Shown here in pieces: positions 39,961 to 55,594 of a stretch of DNA of 64,000 nt. The stretch comes from Eledone cirrhosa. Taxonomy: Eukaryota. The position numbers and the translations under genes are program-made. The notes under the pieces are model-generated. The model was given only the letters and a program-made list of their open reading frames with translations, made no database searches and was not told the DNA's origin. The stretch spans positions 78,926,001 to 78,990,000 of the forward strand of contig OZ024741.1 of assembly GCA_964016885.1 (NCBI GenBank), read 5' to 3'. The stretch's first letter is position 1. Every line of letters begins with the position of its first letter.

Positions 39961-41486
39961 ATTTATCTCTTTCCCCTTTTCTGTCAAATTATAAAGAAAA
40001 AGACACTTCACAATGAAACCAGTTATCCATCGTTACACACCGTGTTTTTATGATAGTATAGTTTAAACGAAAGAAGAGAAAAAACACTGTGAATTTGTTC
40101 CAACCCAATCCGTCTCAAATCCTTGTTTTAGAGTAGTGTAGTTTAAATGAAGCACAGTGGCCTTTCAAAAACAATTTTGATAGTCATGTTTTTCTTTCTT
40201 GGAGAGAAAAAAAGAAAAACATATATACAAACAGCTAATGATATAGACAACGATTGTATGCAGTGGTACGGAGAAATGGTATACTGAAATTATTCTTTAC
40301 TGTAACGATTTTCTTTTAATGTCGTAGACCAGCATTGATTTACAGATATTCCATTCTTTTACTTCTTTAATCTTGGATCTTGTCATAGTTTTTTTGTTTT
40401 TTTTGTAGCTCTTTCTAGCCAAAAGCCAATTGATTGATAATACTGAGACTACTTGCTTTCATAAATAACATATTGGTTTGTTTTGGAACTTTCAATAACT
40501 GATTTACGTGTCTCGAAAAAATCTGATTCAGCGTCTGTTTTGGAAGGAATGGAAGCGTTAATAGTGTTTTATTGTTTTTTTTTCATTCTGTCAAACAACG
40601 TTATTATTTTTTTTAGCCATGGGTCAACTCTTGATCGAAAGACATGTGATCAAAGGTGTTCCAACTATTCTGACTTTTATTTAGACACGGTGAATCTAGG
40701 ACTACATTGTACAAGTGTGGCAAGACATTGGATTATGTGTGCACAGAGCAGTGTACCGAAAAGGTGGACGTGACAGTCACGGTTGAAACGGCTTTGATTA
40801 AAGTTCTGATTTATCCGAGGTGACCTTCGGCTAAGTAGCAGTATCGAACGGATTTCTTTTCCATCATATCTATCTGGTTGACATACAAGCTTGGTATGCG
40901 AATAGGCATGTAGCTTCTAGCTACTTGGTTACACAAAAAAAGGACCCATTAGTAGAATAGTTATACAATAGAGTACTAACCTGAACCACCGTTCTATCAG
41001 CTGGTTAACTGCTTCTCTACACCTCTAACAGATTGATCATCTGCACTTTTTATAATATATCAATATTTGTAATTTAACGTTCTTGTTTAACATTAAGTCA
41101 ATCCTAATCGAGCTGACGTGTGGTGAAATGGCCTCCAGCTATGAATATCTCTTTTATTTATACATATGTAGCCCGAAGTACATTATCCAATGCTTTCTTG
41201 TTTTTAATGGGATGGTGCAGTTTGAGGGAGATTTAACTGCTGTTTTTAGCACATCGAGCGACTCTAGATGCTTCTCCAATATTTGAGAAAAAATTTGTTT
41301 CTTAACCATTTCTATTTAATCTAATATATATTATTCAATATATAACATTCAATATAAAATACTTAATATAAAATATTTAATAAAATACATTTAATATATA
41401 TTTCTATACCATCTTAATCAATTACATACATTTAAATTATGTTTGTATGAAGAAGCCATTAATGTAAGATATAGCGTTGCAAGTCT

Positions 41487-41575
<89 letters not shown>

Positions 41576-42121
41576 TAACAGAGAAAGCTATTAGCGATAC
41601 TCCGACCAACTTCCATCTCACTCAACAAACATTAGGAAATACCTAAGTATATTCCCATTATACGTTTGGGGGGCTAACTATATTGTATTGTGTGGATAGT
41701 CGGCTGTATTATTTTATATGAGACATAATTAAATAAATCTCACTTTCCATACGATCGTTTCATTATAAGATTTCTCAGAGTGGGAGAAACATGTCCAAGT
41801 TATGTAGAAGCTTGCATAAGATCAATGGATTCCCATGCAAGTGGGCTCTTATAACTCTTCAGTGGAGTGCCCAAGCACTATCAATATAAAAAACTACATC
41901 GATATTAATATTTAGCGATAGTCACCGTCAGTGCTAGAAGAACCGCTAAGTTTGAAAGTCCAGCAATCATTAAAAAAAAATCTCACACTGTCCCCAAATG
42001 GGAAGGGGAGGTTATCGTAAAATATAAAATAATATGCATGCAGGTCATTGAACCCTGTCAGGAATCCAAACCTCGTGTTAAGAACTCAACTGGATATTAA
42101 AAAAATAAATATATGTACGTA

Positions 42122-42194
<73 letters not shown>

Positions 42195-42437
42195 TCTTTA
42201 AGTCGTTTGGAAGCCTCGACAATGCAAATGGGTAAATCTCCGGGTAACAAGGTCCGGTGGTGGAGAGAGAGATGTAAGTGGGTGTACGTTGAGATGCGTG
42301 GTGTGTATAAGATGTGTGAGATGTGTAGAATGAAGGGAAGAGTATAAAGGATAAAAATAAAAATAACAACACAAGAGAGAGTTACCTTGGGAGAGATTTA
42401 ATAGTCCCTATATATTTCGGATTCACATCCATCAACT

Positions 42438-42521
<84 letters not shown>

Positions 42522-42663
42522 TATATATATATCTATATCCAAAATTAAGATAAATCAAACGAATTTAATCTAAATCAAAATTATGGGTGTCATGCCAGAA
42601 AGACATGCGCCATATCACCCGTAAAATAAGCTCTAAGATTCTAATGAGTAGGTCCGAGCATTT

Positions 42664-42951
42664 TATAATAACTAGAGATTGATTAACATATAAATAAACA
42701 TGAATAATCACAGGAGATAATTTTTACAAGTGTGTAACCACACATAGCTAGGTAGGTAACTAAATAAAGTTGACCAGAACTTCAAAAATAGATACCTTAT
42801 AATATTATTAATCATTTTATAAGGTATCTATTTTTGAAGTTCTGGTCAACTTTATTTAGTTACCTACCTAGCTATGTGTGGTTACACACTTGTAAAAATT
42901 ATCTCCTGTGATTATTCATGTTTATATATATGTTAATCAATCTCTAGTTAT

Positions 42952-42955
<4 letters not shown>
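42664..42955. repeat. Near-perfect inverted repeat (~138-bp arms, 14-bp spacer)
   Basis: 42664-42802 is the reverse complement of 42817-42955. Confidence 0.9.
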
Positions 42956-42992
<37 letters not shown>

Positions 42993-43074
42993 AGACGATC
43001 GACTTTTTTGTCAAATCGGACCCAGGGAACAATGTTTCCGTTGGTCTTTCCAATTGCTAATACTATCTATCGGT

Positions 43075-43180
43075 CGCAACTCCAGGTAGAAGGAGCAACG
43101 TGAAATAAAGTGTCTTGCTCAAGGACATAACGCATCGCCTGGTCCAGGAATCGAACTCACAACCTTACGATTGCGAATAC
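43075..43180 (-). mobile_element. Second tRNA-derived SINE family fragment
   Basis: Minus strand gtgagttcgattcctgg (B box) followed by gtccttgagcaagacact. Confidence 0.65.
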
Positions 43181-43188
43181 AATTCTTT

Positions 43189-43255
<67 letters not shown>

Positions 43256-43439
43256 GTAGTATAATTAATGCGAAGCATTGAGAAATATGAAATAAAAGAC
43301 TGATAAGTTTGGAACAACCGGTACAATGCGGTAGAAATATATAAAGGGTAAAGGATGTCAAATATAACAAAAGAGCTGCCATCAGAAAAACCCTCATGGG
43401 GGGTTGGGGTTGGGGTCTGAATATACAGCTGGTACACTA

Positions 43440-44060
43440 GCGATCTTCATCGAAGAGACTGTTCTGTAGACATACATACAACGATATGTGCACACTTCCT
43501 GATTGTCCCATTAAGAACACGGTAGTGTGTATGAGAGAGTATGAGGCCTACTAAGTCACATGTAAAAAATGTAGCTTCTCGTACATTTGAAGTACCGTCC
43601 GGATGCTGCAGATACGGATCAATGAGCACATGAGGACGGCAGCTTCTTCAGTTGAACAAACATCTTGACGGATGCTGCAGCTAAGACATTGAGGTCAGAA
43701 TAGCGGCGACGGAAAGGAATGTGGATACTTTAAAAATCAAATAAGCCATTATCATCAAACAGAAAAAAAAACCCACAGATAAATAATTGTTTCTATTTTT
43801 GGCACAAGGCCAGAAATTACCCAGTGGATTACTGGTACTTTATTTTATCGAACCCGTAAGGATGAAAGGCAAAGTTAACCTCGTCGGGATTTGAACTCAG
43901 AAGGGTAAGGGCTGTAACTCTATGCGTAAAAGCATGACGTCCACACACACACACGCGCGCACAATAAATCAATCTACCTTGGAGTAAACAGCTACGTAAA
44001 CTGATGAGGTAATTTTAAAACCAAATCAATAATAGACAACATATGACAACGTCGGACTGT
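43440..44060 (+). pseudogene. Decayed PLE GIY-YIG endonuclease remnant interrupted by a SINE
   Basis: Manual translation Y*VTCKKCSFSYI*STVRMLQIRINEHMR...LKIK*AIIIKQKK.QIN. Confidence 0.6.
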
Positions 44061-44830
44061 GATTTATGGATACAATCCATCCGACAGACATTCACGCAGT
44101 TTCTATTTGTGCAATTTAATTTACAAGGCTCTTATTCAAGTTGCTATTGGAATCGAATGTGAGACTTCACGAGGGAATCTTTTAACCATTTGTCATGCTC
44201 CCATTCACCCAAGCATATATACACATTATTGGATGCTCGTTGACTCTCATAAGTCCCCCTACCCTTTGACTGAAAAGTCACTCTTCACACCTCACACATA
44301 CGCACTCCCATAACCCCCCCCCCCCCACACACACTGGGTTCTTTTAACGAGTAAAATACAAGTGAAAAAATGACATCATGTTTTACAAATATTTCAAAAT
44401 TGATAAATTAATATATTAATGTATGCGATAGGTAATTACAAAACTATAATTAACTGAGGAAATTTAGATTATGTCAATATGGTGTTATAATATAAGGTAA
44501 CTAAATGAGTGGTGAAACAATTTTTCGCGAAGAAAATTAATGATGTTAAATAGTTAAATTCATAAGTAATAAGAAAGCTCTGAAGAATGAATAATATTAG
44601 ATAAAAACATGCAGGCCTTGATACGTACAATAATATAGAAAAATAGAATAGAACTCTGCTGCTGTACTAAGGGATTATCTCTATTACAAATAAGTGAGAT
44701 ATATAAGCAAAAATAATAATTGAATTATATTACATGTGAAATATTTCAATATTGTGTTGAGAAATAATTCTCTATATTTTCCATACAGAAAGTTGTTTTT
44801 TCTTTGTAAAATAATCTATATTATCAATAT

Positions 44831-45010
44831 TGGCAGTATCGGTAGAGGGTTGGACGCCGTGCTTTGACGCATAGAGTTACGGCCCTTGTCATTCTGAGTT
44901 CAAATCCCGCCGAGGTTAACTTTGCCTTTCATCCTTACGGAGTCGATAAAATAAAGTACCAGTAATGTACTGCGTAATTGCTGGCCTTGTGCCAAAAGTA
45001 GAAACAATTA
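44831..45010 (+). mobile_element. tRNA-derived SINE (octopod-type); other copies 2888-3072(-), 8065-8230(-), 11610-11660(-), 19340-19400(-), 37700-37860(+), 43788-43942(-), 61577-61760(+)
   Basis: A-box-like tggcagtatcggtagag, B-box gttcaaatcc, body ctttgcctttcatcc..gtcgataaaataaagtaccagt, tail ggccttgtgcc..tagaaacaatt. Confidence 0.85.
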
Positions 45011-45019
45011 TCAATACAG

Positions 45020-46250
45020 AAAGTCTAAGGAAACATTTCGCTACACACACGAAATTTAACCACATTATAGTTATAATCAACAATTTAGTATAAAATAATT
45101 TCCGTAAAAATAGTTTTCAATCACTTCTCAAATTATTACAATAGTACTCTAACCCACATTAGATTCAGAATAAAACATAATACATAGAAAGAGCAACTAG
45201 AAGAAAAAATACGTATAAAATAGTATAATCCGCCGCATAATTTATCTGGAAAGACAACTATAACGAAAATAGTCTAATTTGTTTAAATATCCCCTCAAAA
45301 TATAAATACTATAAAATATATCTTAAATGATATCAAAATATATTCTACTTCAGTTAATTCTAACCAATTTTTATTAAATTAGAGTACACCTAAACCCAAC
45401 AGCATTAATTACAAACCAAATAATTGCCAATTATACTGTAAAAGGAAATTCTAAGATGTTGTATATCTCTTCAAATAATATATGCGTCATTTCTACAGTT
45501 CGTAATCAGAATAGAGCCAACGATGCATCACAGAGGGCCAGAAGAATGTCCCCTCAAACAACAGTACAACAATCTAACGGTAATATATGAAGCGGGAGTG
45601 ACCTCCACCAACCAGAACTACCTAACAGAAGCCTGGACCTATGTAGGTATGTCAGAGAGCATTTCAAAAGCCATTTCCTGAACCACGAAACAACCGTCAA
45701 ACATCCTGACAAGAAACTCACCACTCAGCTGCTAAACCACGTGTGGAACCTAAAAAAGAAACGGCGCAGCGTTTTCCATAAAATGGAGAGTACTGGAAAA
45801 ATTCACCGCTACATCAATAGATTGAAATCTCGTTAGTTATGCAGCGCAGAGAAGTGGAATATACTCTCACAACTGTCTTTTAAAAAACACTTCTTAGATA
45901 TACGACTGGATGTTTTTACATGATGCCCCCACGAATCGAAATTCTTTCTGAAGAGATTGATCTAGGCCAGACTAACATTTTTAGATTTTCGAATTAACTC
46001 TTGTTTCCTCTCTGGACAATTCCTCTCTGGACAATTCCTCTCTGGACAATTCCTCTCTTAGAATTATCTACCTTTCATATATAAGATCTGCCCTTTTTTA
46101 TTTAACTAATTGGAATTTTCAGGAGTCCCTGCTCTTAGAACTCTCTTATACATTCAAGAATCTCTCCAGAAGTAATCCTAATATGGCAGAGTGAATGAGT
46201 TGGTGTGATAACCCAACGAAACTTAAGTATCTGCATATGCCACTAGTGTA
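45020..46250 (+). pseudogene. Decayed PLE remnant(s) with GIY-YIG and 3' HHR
   Basis: CPLKQQ...VIYEAGV...TYVGMSE...NHVWNLKK...LCSAEKWNI...CPHE at ~45545-45940. Confidence 0.6.
46186..46234 (+). ncRNA. Decayed hammerhead ribozyme downstream of a PLE GIY-YIG remnant
   Basis: GCAGA-GUGAAUGA-GUUGG...CCAAC-GAAAC-UUAA-GUA-UCUGC; core box mutated. Confidence 0.55.
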
Positions 46251-46339
46251 ACTGATTATATATATATATATATATATAATTATTAAGGCCAGTTCCAGTT
46301 ACTACACGGTACGTTTCGCTGGAATGGAGGACCAACTTG

Positions 46340-46441
<102 letters not shown>

Positions 46442-46844
46442 ACGTCTTTCATATAATTGTTCTACACCCCCTTGCATTGAACCGCAAAGTTACTAAGACA
46501 AAACCTATATCTTGCTAGCATAAGTATACTTCTGTATAAATATGTTGGTAGATATACTAATTCTTTATAATTATCTCCAAATTATTTGTTGAGCAAAAAT
46601 TTTCCCGAATTACTGCTATGATTCATAGTAATATTTTGGCTACTGTCTTTTTAACACCCCACTCCTCACTGATTAACCTCGATGTCACGTAATTGATTCT
46701 TTTGAATTTGCCACTGACCGGGAAGGTAGTGAAATTTTCAGTGTCTTGAAATTTAGTCCGGGATTGCTTCTTTTCCATTCACTGAATTATTTTTGTTTGA
46801 GATCTCTGTGCCCGCCTATCGCCAGGGATCTTAGCAGAGAATTG

Positions 46845-46922
46845 ACTCCCTGATGAAGAAAGGAATTCTCCATGGTTTTGTACACTATGTATATCCCCTT
46901 TCAGAAACTAATTAGTTGGAGT
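46845..46922 (+). ncRNA. Type I hammerhead ribozyme motif (GUU triplet, possibly decayed)
   Basis: ACUCC-CUGAUGA-A-GAAAGG...CCUUUC-A-GAAAC-UAAUUA-GUU-GGAGU. Confidence 0.6.
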
Positions 46923-46964
46923 GAAACTTAAGTAAGTTAATTATTATAATTTTCTTATTTTACG

Positions 46965-47153
<189 letters not shown>

Positions 47154-47173
47154 CACAACAATGTACCACTCCG

Positions 47174-47242
<69 letters not shown>

Positions 47243-47891
47243 TATATTTGTCTTAATAGACATATTTTTCAGTGACTTCTCAACATGACTGCAACTCAAT
47301 CAAGCGGAAAAGGACACTCTTCGACAAACCTACATTTGGCGCGAAACCAGTTCGCGCTAAAATCAATTTTAACATTCACGTGACTTCTACCGACCAATCA
47401 AAATTGTTTTGACTATAAGAATTTTTCCAACACGAATTGGCGCAAAATTTATAGTGCTTATTCACGTGACATTCAACAACTAATCAAATCTTAATACCTC
47501 TGGAGCCACTTTTTACACATAAAACAGGAAGAATTTCCAAAACTAATCAGATTAGAGCAAAAATCACGAGCGCTCTATCTCAAAATTATTTTTGAAAAAG
47601 CATTAGAAATGCGCAACCGGAAAAAATTAAAACTAAAACTGAATACTAACTAATACTTATTACTAATTTATACTTATTCCTAATTAAACTATTTTTCACT
47701 GGGAAAAATTTGTCAGCATTCTCTTTTTCCTTTTTACTAATATATATATATAAATTATTAGAAATGTAAGCTATCGCCGTATTATGACTAAAGAAATTAA
47801 AGAAATTATTTAGCCTGATAGTGGGGTTAAGAACCCTCGGAGAAATGGAAAAAGATGAGTATTGACGTACATGTTTCGAAAATATTCTTAC

Positions 47892-48017
<126 letters not shown>

Positions 48018-48787
48018 TATATATTTATATCATATATATATTCCACTCTCTTAATTTTCGCAGATTTCTATTACATTGTTTTTTAAATATTTCGCAGCAA
48101 TTTTCCTCTAATTTAATTTAATTGTTACTTTGGCTTTGCATCATTTACTTGGTAAAAAACAACAATAAAAAAATCTATAGCCTTAGCACAACAAGAACGG
48201 TACATTTTATTACGTCATATTCCACATACCTTTACGTAACTAAACTTCATTTTTTTTCCATTAGAAATTTCCTCTTACATATCAAATTTTTCACCTCTAA
48301 TAGCTTTCCAATTACATATCAAATTAACTATTTCATTCCTCCTACACACATTTTATATCTAGAACAGTATTTTGTTGCCAATCGATAAATTTATCTCCTT
48401 ATACCACGAAAAAGAAGCAATTTAAATTTCCCCTATTATATTACATTGATGCCTAATATTAGTCTGCACCCTAATAAATATATTTTGTATGTAATAAATC
48501 CTCCCTTATTCATTGTATATTCGAGTGACTCAAATATTTATCATATTTTATCTCTTTCCTTACATGCAACCATAATTTATGCCCAGATCAATATAAACAT
48601 GTACTATTATTTTACTATGTATATGCATTTATTTGTTTTCTTGTATTCCTAATGTACGTTATATTATTATCATATAACAGTGGTATAAAATCCATTGAAC
48701 GCTCTAGTAGTAAATATTTGTCTACGAAATACATTTCTGTATTTGAGAAATAGTTAGCTATATCATATGAAAATCATTATATATATG

Positions 48788-48823
<36 letters not shown>

Positions 48824-48835
48824 TATGTATATATA

Positions 48836-49707
48836 CGAGGTGCGTCAGAAAAGTTCCAGGACTGATGTCACAAAAGATTTATTTCAAACCCAAACTTCAC
48901 ACAAAGAGTTTTCTCCTTCAAAGTAATCCCTCTGGAGTATGTAACTGTAATCTTAGCTCTCTGCAGCGTTCAAACTTTTTTCTTCATAATTTTATATACA
49001 TGTCCTCTGTTTCAGGTCGTCAAGCAATGAGCACAGAGCAACGAACAAACTTGAAGTTTCTGATACGGTTGGGGAAAACTTCGTCAGAAGCACTGGGATT
49101 GCTGCAGCAAGTGTATGGAGATGAGCAAGAGGTTTAAAGAAGGACGCGAGGACGTGGAAGATGACCCCAGGAGCGGAAGGCCCTCAACAACCAGGACTGA
49201 GGTCAACGTTGAGCGCGTCAGGCAGATGGTGCGTAGCGATCGTCGGCTGACTGTTCGACTGATGGCAAATGAGCTGGGCATGAATCGGGACAGCGTCTGG
49301 AAGATTCTCACTGAAGATTTGGACATGCGGAAAGTCTGCGCGAAGATGGTGCCAAAACTGCTGAACGATGACCAGAAGGGTCGACGCATGCAAGTGTGCC
49401 AGGACATTTCGAGCGTCTTGAAACCGAACCAGACTTGCTAGGGACAGTCATCACCGGTGATGAGTCATGGATCTTCGAGTACGGCCCGTTTTGAAGACGT
49501 GGGCGACATCAAAAAGGCTGTGACGACGGAACTGCGGAGGATCCCGGAAGAATCCTTCCAGGAGTGCATGCAAGCGCGGCAGAAAAGGATGGAAAAGTGC
49601 ATTAGACTCCAGGGGGATTACTTTGAAGGAGAAAACTGTTACTGTGAAGTTTAGGTTTGAAATAAATCTTTTGTGACATCAGTCCTGGAACTTTTCTGAC
49701 ACACCGC

Positions 49708-49708
<1 letters not shown>
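48836..49708 (+). mobile_element. Internally deleted mariner transposon with ~100-bp TIRs and TA target
   Basis: TIR cgaggtgcgtcagaaaagttccaggactga.. / ..tcagtcctggaacttttctgacacaccgcg; EQRTNLKFL, DDPRSGRP, CAKMVPKLL, TGDESWIFEY fused to the C-terminus ending QGDYFE. Confidence 0.92.
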
Positions 49709-50922
<1,214 letters not shown>

Positions 50923-51001
50923 TCTACGATTCTTATATATTTGATATATATTTATCCTTATCGAGCCCTCTTTGGATTTTAGTCTTCAAATTTATTATTA
51001 T

Positions 51002-51646
<645 letters not shown>

Positions 51647-51701
51647 CCCCCCCCCCCCCACATACATATTGAGTTAAAAGCACGGGAGATTACCAGAGGA
51701 C

Positions 51702-51911
<210 letters not shown>

Positions 51912-51996
51912 TGTATATGTATATGCATATACATATATGTATATGCATATATACATATATGTATATGCGCGCGCGCGTGTGTGTGCGTGTGTGTGC

Positions 51997-52031
<35 letters not shown>

Positions 52032-53047
52032 CGTGTGTGTGTGTGTGTGTGTGTGTGCGTGTGCGCCTGTGTACGTCTGCGCATGCGTGTGTGTGTTTTG
52101 GCATGTCAGATTAATAATGTCTAAAGCTTTTAAACTATTTTGCAAATGTTCCATAATTCTTGTAATGTCTTTTATGCTTTTATCTCGAATCCATTATTTT
52201 GGAATTTATCTCCCCTCCTCCGATCTCCTCTCCTTTACCACATCTTCCTCTTCCTCTTTTCTATCCTCCTCATCCCTATTACATCTCCTCTACCTTTCAC
52301 TCCACTTTATTATTTCTCTCCCTCTTTCTCTCCACCCTTCTCCACATTTCACTCTATTTTTCCACCTGCCCCCTTTTCTATTTCTCTTTTATTCTCTATA
52401 ATTCTTTATGTATAATCTATCTTTCCATCTATCTCATGTTATGCCATAAATGTTTCTCTTTTTGTTCATTTTTACGTCATGGAATTTTCCACTAGGTCGC
52501 CACTCTTATACACACATAAACCTGATAATGAGATAAGCTGCCAGCGCAGCTGTGAGATTGAGTGATTAGTTGTTATCTAAAGTAATATTGCTCCTCTCTC
52601 TTTCTCTTTCTTTCTCTCTCATTTAACATTTAACTCTCTCTTTATTTATTTCTCGATCTCCTCTCTTCTCAGTCTTTGACATCCTTCCTTTACCTTTCCA
52701 TTACTCCTTTTATGCTATTTCTCTCTCTCTTCTCCCTCCTCTCTCTCTCACTCTATCGTCTCATTCTATCTGCCTAACTATCTACCCCTCACAACATCAT
52801 TCTCCCCTGCCCCATATCCTGCCATAATTATGCCCGCTCTTTGTAGCTTATAACTCTGCTTCCATAAGCTTTTCGTTTCCATTTTCTCTTGCTATGCTTA
52901 TCTTGGCATTATGGCGAGAATTTTCTGAATCATGACCAAGTAAAGAGTTTCTTTGGCAGCTGAAGTTGGTGATTAATTTGCCTTTTATGGCATTATCTAA
53001 AGTGAACTAGCAATGATATATACGTACATACATATGCACATAAATAC

Positions 53048-53158
<111 letters not shown>

Positions 53159-53820
53159 TGTGTGCGTGTGTGCTCGCGTAGAGGGTGCGTATGTGTGGTG
53201 GTGTGTATATATAGATTATGTATGTATGTATGTACAAAATTGAAAAACAATCGCTTGAGGCAGAAAGTCAATTCACATCTGCGTTCCTTCTGCCGTTAAG
53301 ACATTTCGTAACTGTTAAAAGAAGCTCGATCAGCCATTTATGGTTGTCGTCTTTCTGGTGCTGAACCTGCAAGCTAACAAACGGCAGGTAGCTTGAGGCG
53401 TACCAAAACAATGGAAAGTGGAGTAAACGAGTTATAAATCTAACGAAAACTAACAAAAGTTAGTGATAGCTACACACGTTAGCTGACTGCTTAATGGCTT
53501 TATGGAACGTTAATCCAGCAAGCAGGAATGAAAAAACAACAACAACAAAAAAACAAAGATGGAAGTACAGAAACTATATTTCGCGATCACATAATTTCTA
53601 CAGTTATTGAAATAATACAGTTACGGACATGTTGTTAAATGATTATTTTCATTCATAGGAGAAGGTAAATGCAATTCTGTTAGCCATTTTACCCTAATGT
53701 GAGCACACAATAATACCAGTGTTTGAATTGTGAATTACGAATCATAATGTTAAATCATTATCTTCGGCGAAGGTTATAAACATTATAAACACACGCAAGG
53801 GTACACCCATCCATCCACAT

Positions 53821-53898
<78 letters not shown>

Positions 53899-54002
53899 CC
53901 CCCCCCCCCCTCTCTGTATATATCATAATATGATAAAATGTCTATATATACATTTATCGCTTTCTCTCTCACTCACTCTATCTATCTATATATTTATCTA
54001 CA

Positions 54003-55556
54003 AACGTTGACAGGAGCAAGACTAAACCCAAACAAGTTTGTCGGTTTGCAACTCGGTACATGGAGAGGCAAACCCATGCCTTCCGACAGTGTCGTTGGAC
54101 GCTGGACAGAAGGACCGGTGAAATTTCTCGGGGTCTGGTTTGGTCCAGACCTCCAGGTGGATAAGAATTGGAACGAGGTCACGGCGAAGGTGTTTGCACT
54201 CACCCAGAAGTGGGCTGAGTGCAAACCCTCATTAAAAGGTCGAGCGGAGGTGGCGAACACTTACATAGCGTCCGTCATCTACTACCGTTTGACAGTCGTG
54301 CCTTGTCCCCGCGAATACCTCACCAAAATGGAACGCCTACTCTTCAAGTTCCTCTGGAAGAAACAGGCTCCATTAGCGAGGAGAGCCATCTGCTGTCAAC
54401 ACCCTTCTAACGGAGGGCTGGGCATGTCGTGGCTGAAGATGCGCAAACACGCGCTGAGGCTACACCATCTCCAGGTGTTCCTGACCGGCGAACCGGTGTG
54501 GCTGTCGTTTGTGAGACGAGCTCTTCCAAAACTCGTCTCACTAACAGAGCTGCAGTTCTGGGTCAAGCGAAGACCGAAAATGGGCGCCTGGCACCTCGAG
54601 TGCCTTCAGGCGCTCACAGCCCTCTACCAAGCGGAAACGGCAATCAGCGGAGACTCCACTTCGACATTCTATAGGGGATTAGTGGAGGATAAGTGCGACG
54701 ACCTTCTCGGGGAAACTCGAGGCATCGAGGAAGACGAACTGACCAGTCTGTTCGGGAGGACTTTCCGTCCAGGGCCTATGGATAACTTCCAGAGGTCTCT
54801 GGCCTGACAATGCTACTGAGGAGCTCTACCAGTTCGAGACAAATTCTACAAGCACCGACACCCTGGCAGAGATACTGCCAAAAGGACCTGTCCAAGATGC
54901 GAGCAAGACATCGAAACCGTTCTGCACGCAATTGTTCAGTACCCAGGGGTGACCGACCTGTGGAATCATGTCGAACAGTTACTGTCACGTGTAGGACGCA
55001 TTCAGTTGTCAGCCGAGTCCATCGTGAGGATCACCCCGCCGCCTTCATTTAAGAATGAAGGAGAGGCGGCCTTCCTCTGTCTGGTGGCTATGGCGAAAGA
55101 GGTAATATGGTGGACGAGGTTAAAAGGACTGAGGGCAAGCACCTTTCTCTCCGGACAACAACTTATCCCCTTCTTTATGTACCACTTCAGAAGGAAGGTA
55201 AGAGTGGAGAGAGAGGTGCTACACCCCAGTAAATTCGCTGAAAGGTGGGTGAATGTGGTGAAAATGGCCCGGGTGAATGGGCCTTCTCTGTATATAAACC
55301 TATAGGTTGAGGAAGATAAACAGAGGGAAGACGGGAGCACTTACAAAACGTGTTCCTGATGTTGAGGGTTGTCCTATCTACGGGGTAAAACGACACCACA
55401 GTAGCGTTACCCACTCCCCCCTAATGGGGTTTTCAATTGTTTTATTTTTATATAGTTTATTGTTATTTATCATTGATAAAGATTTTATGTAAAACCCCCG
55501 CCGTTACGTCATGTAATGTCCCATTTTTGTACGCCCCTGTGGCAAATAAAGAAAGA
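54003..55556 (+). mobile_element. 5'-truncated L1/Tx1 LINE flanked by (TCTA)n
   Basis: ORFs 53938-54807 and 54949-55305 homologous to the Tx1 ORF2 C-terminal part; 3' AATAAAGAAA. Confidence 0.9.
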
Positions 55557-55594
55557 TATCTATCTATCTATCTATTTATCTATCTATCTATCTA

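Noticed and set aside
53268-53456. Possible minus-strand exon (cttgcag acceptor)
   Set aside because: No convincing donor or protein similarity.
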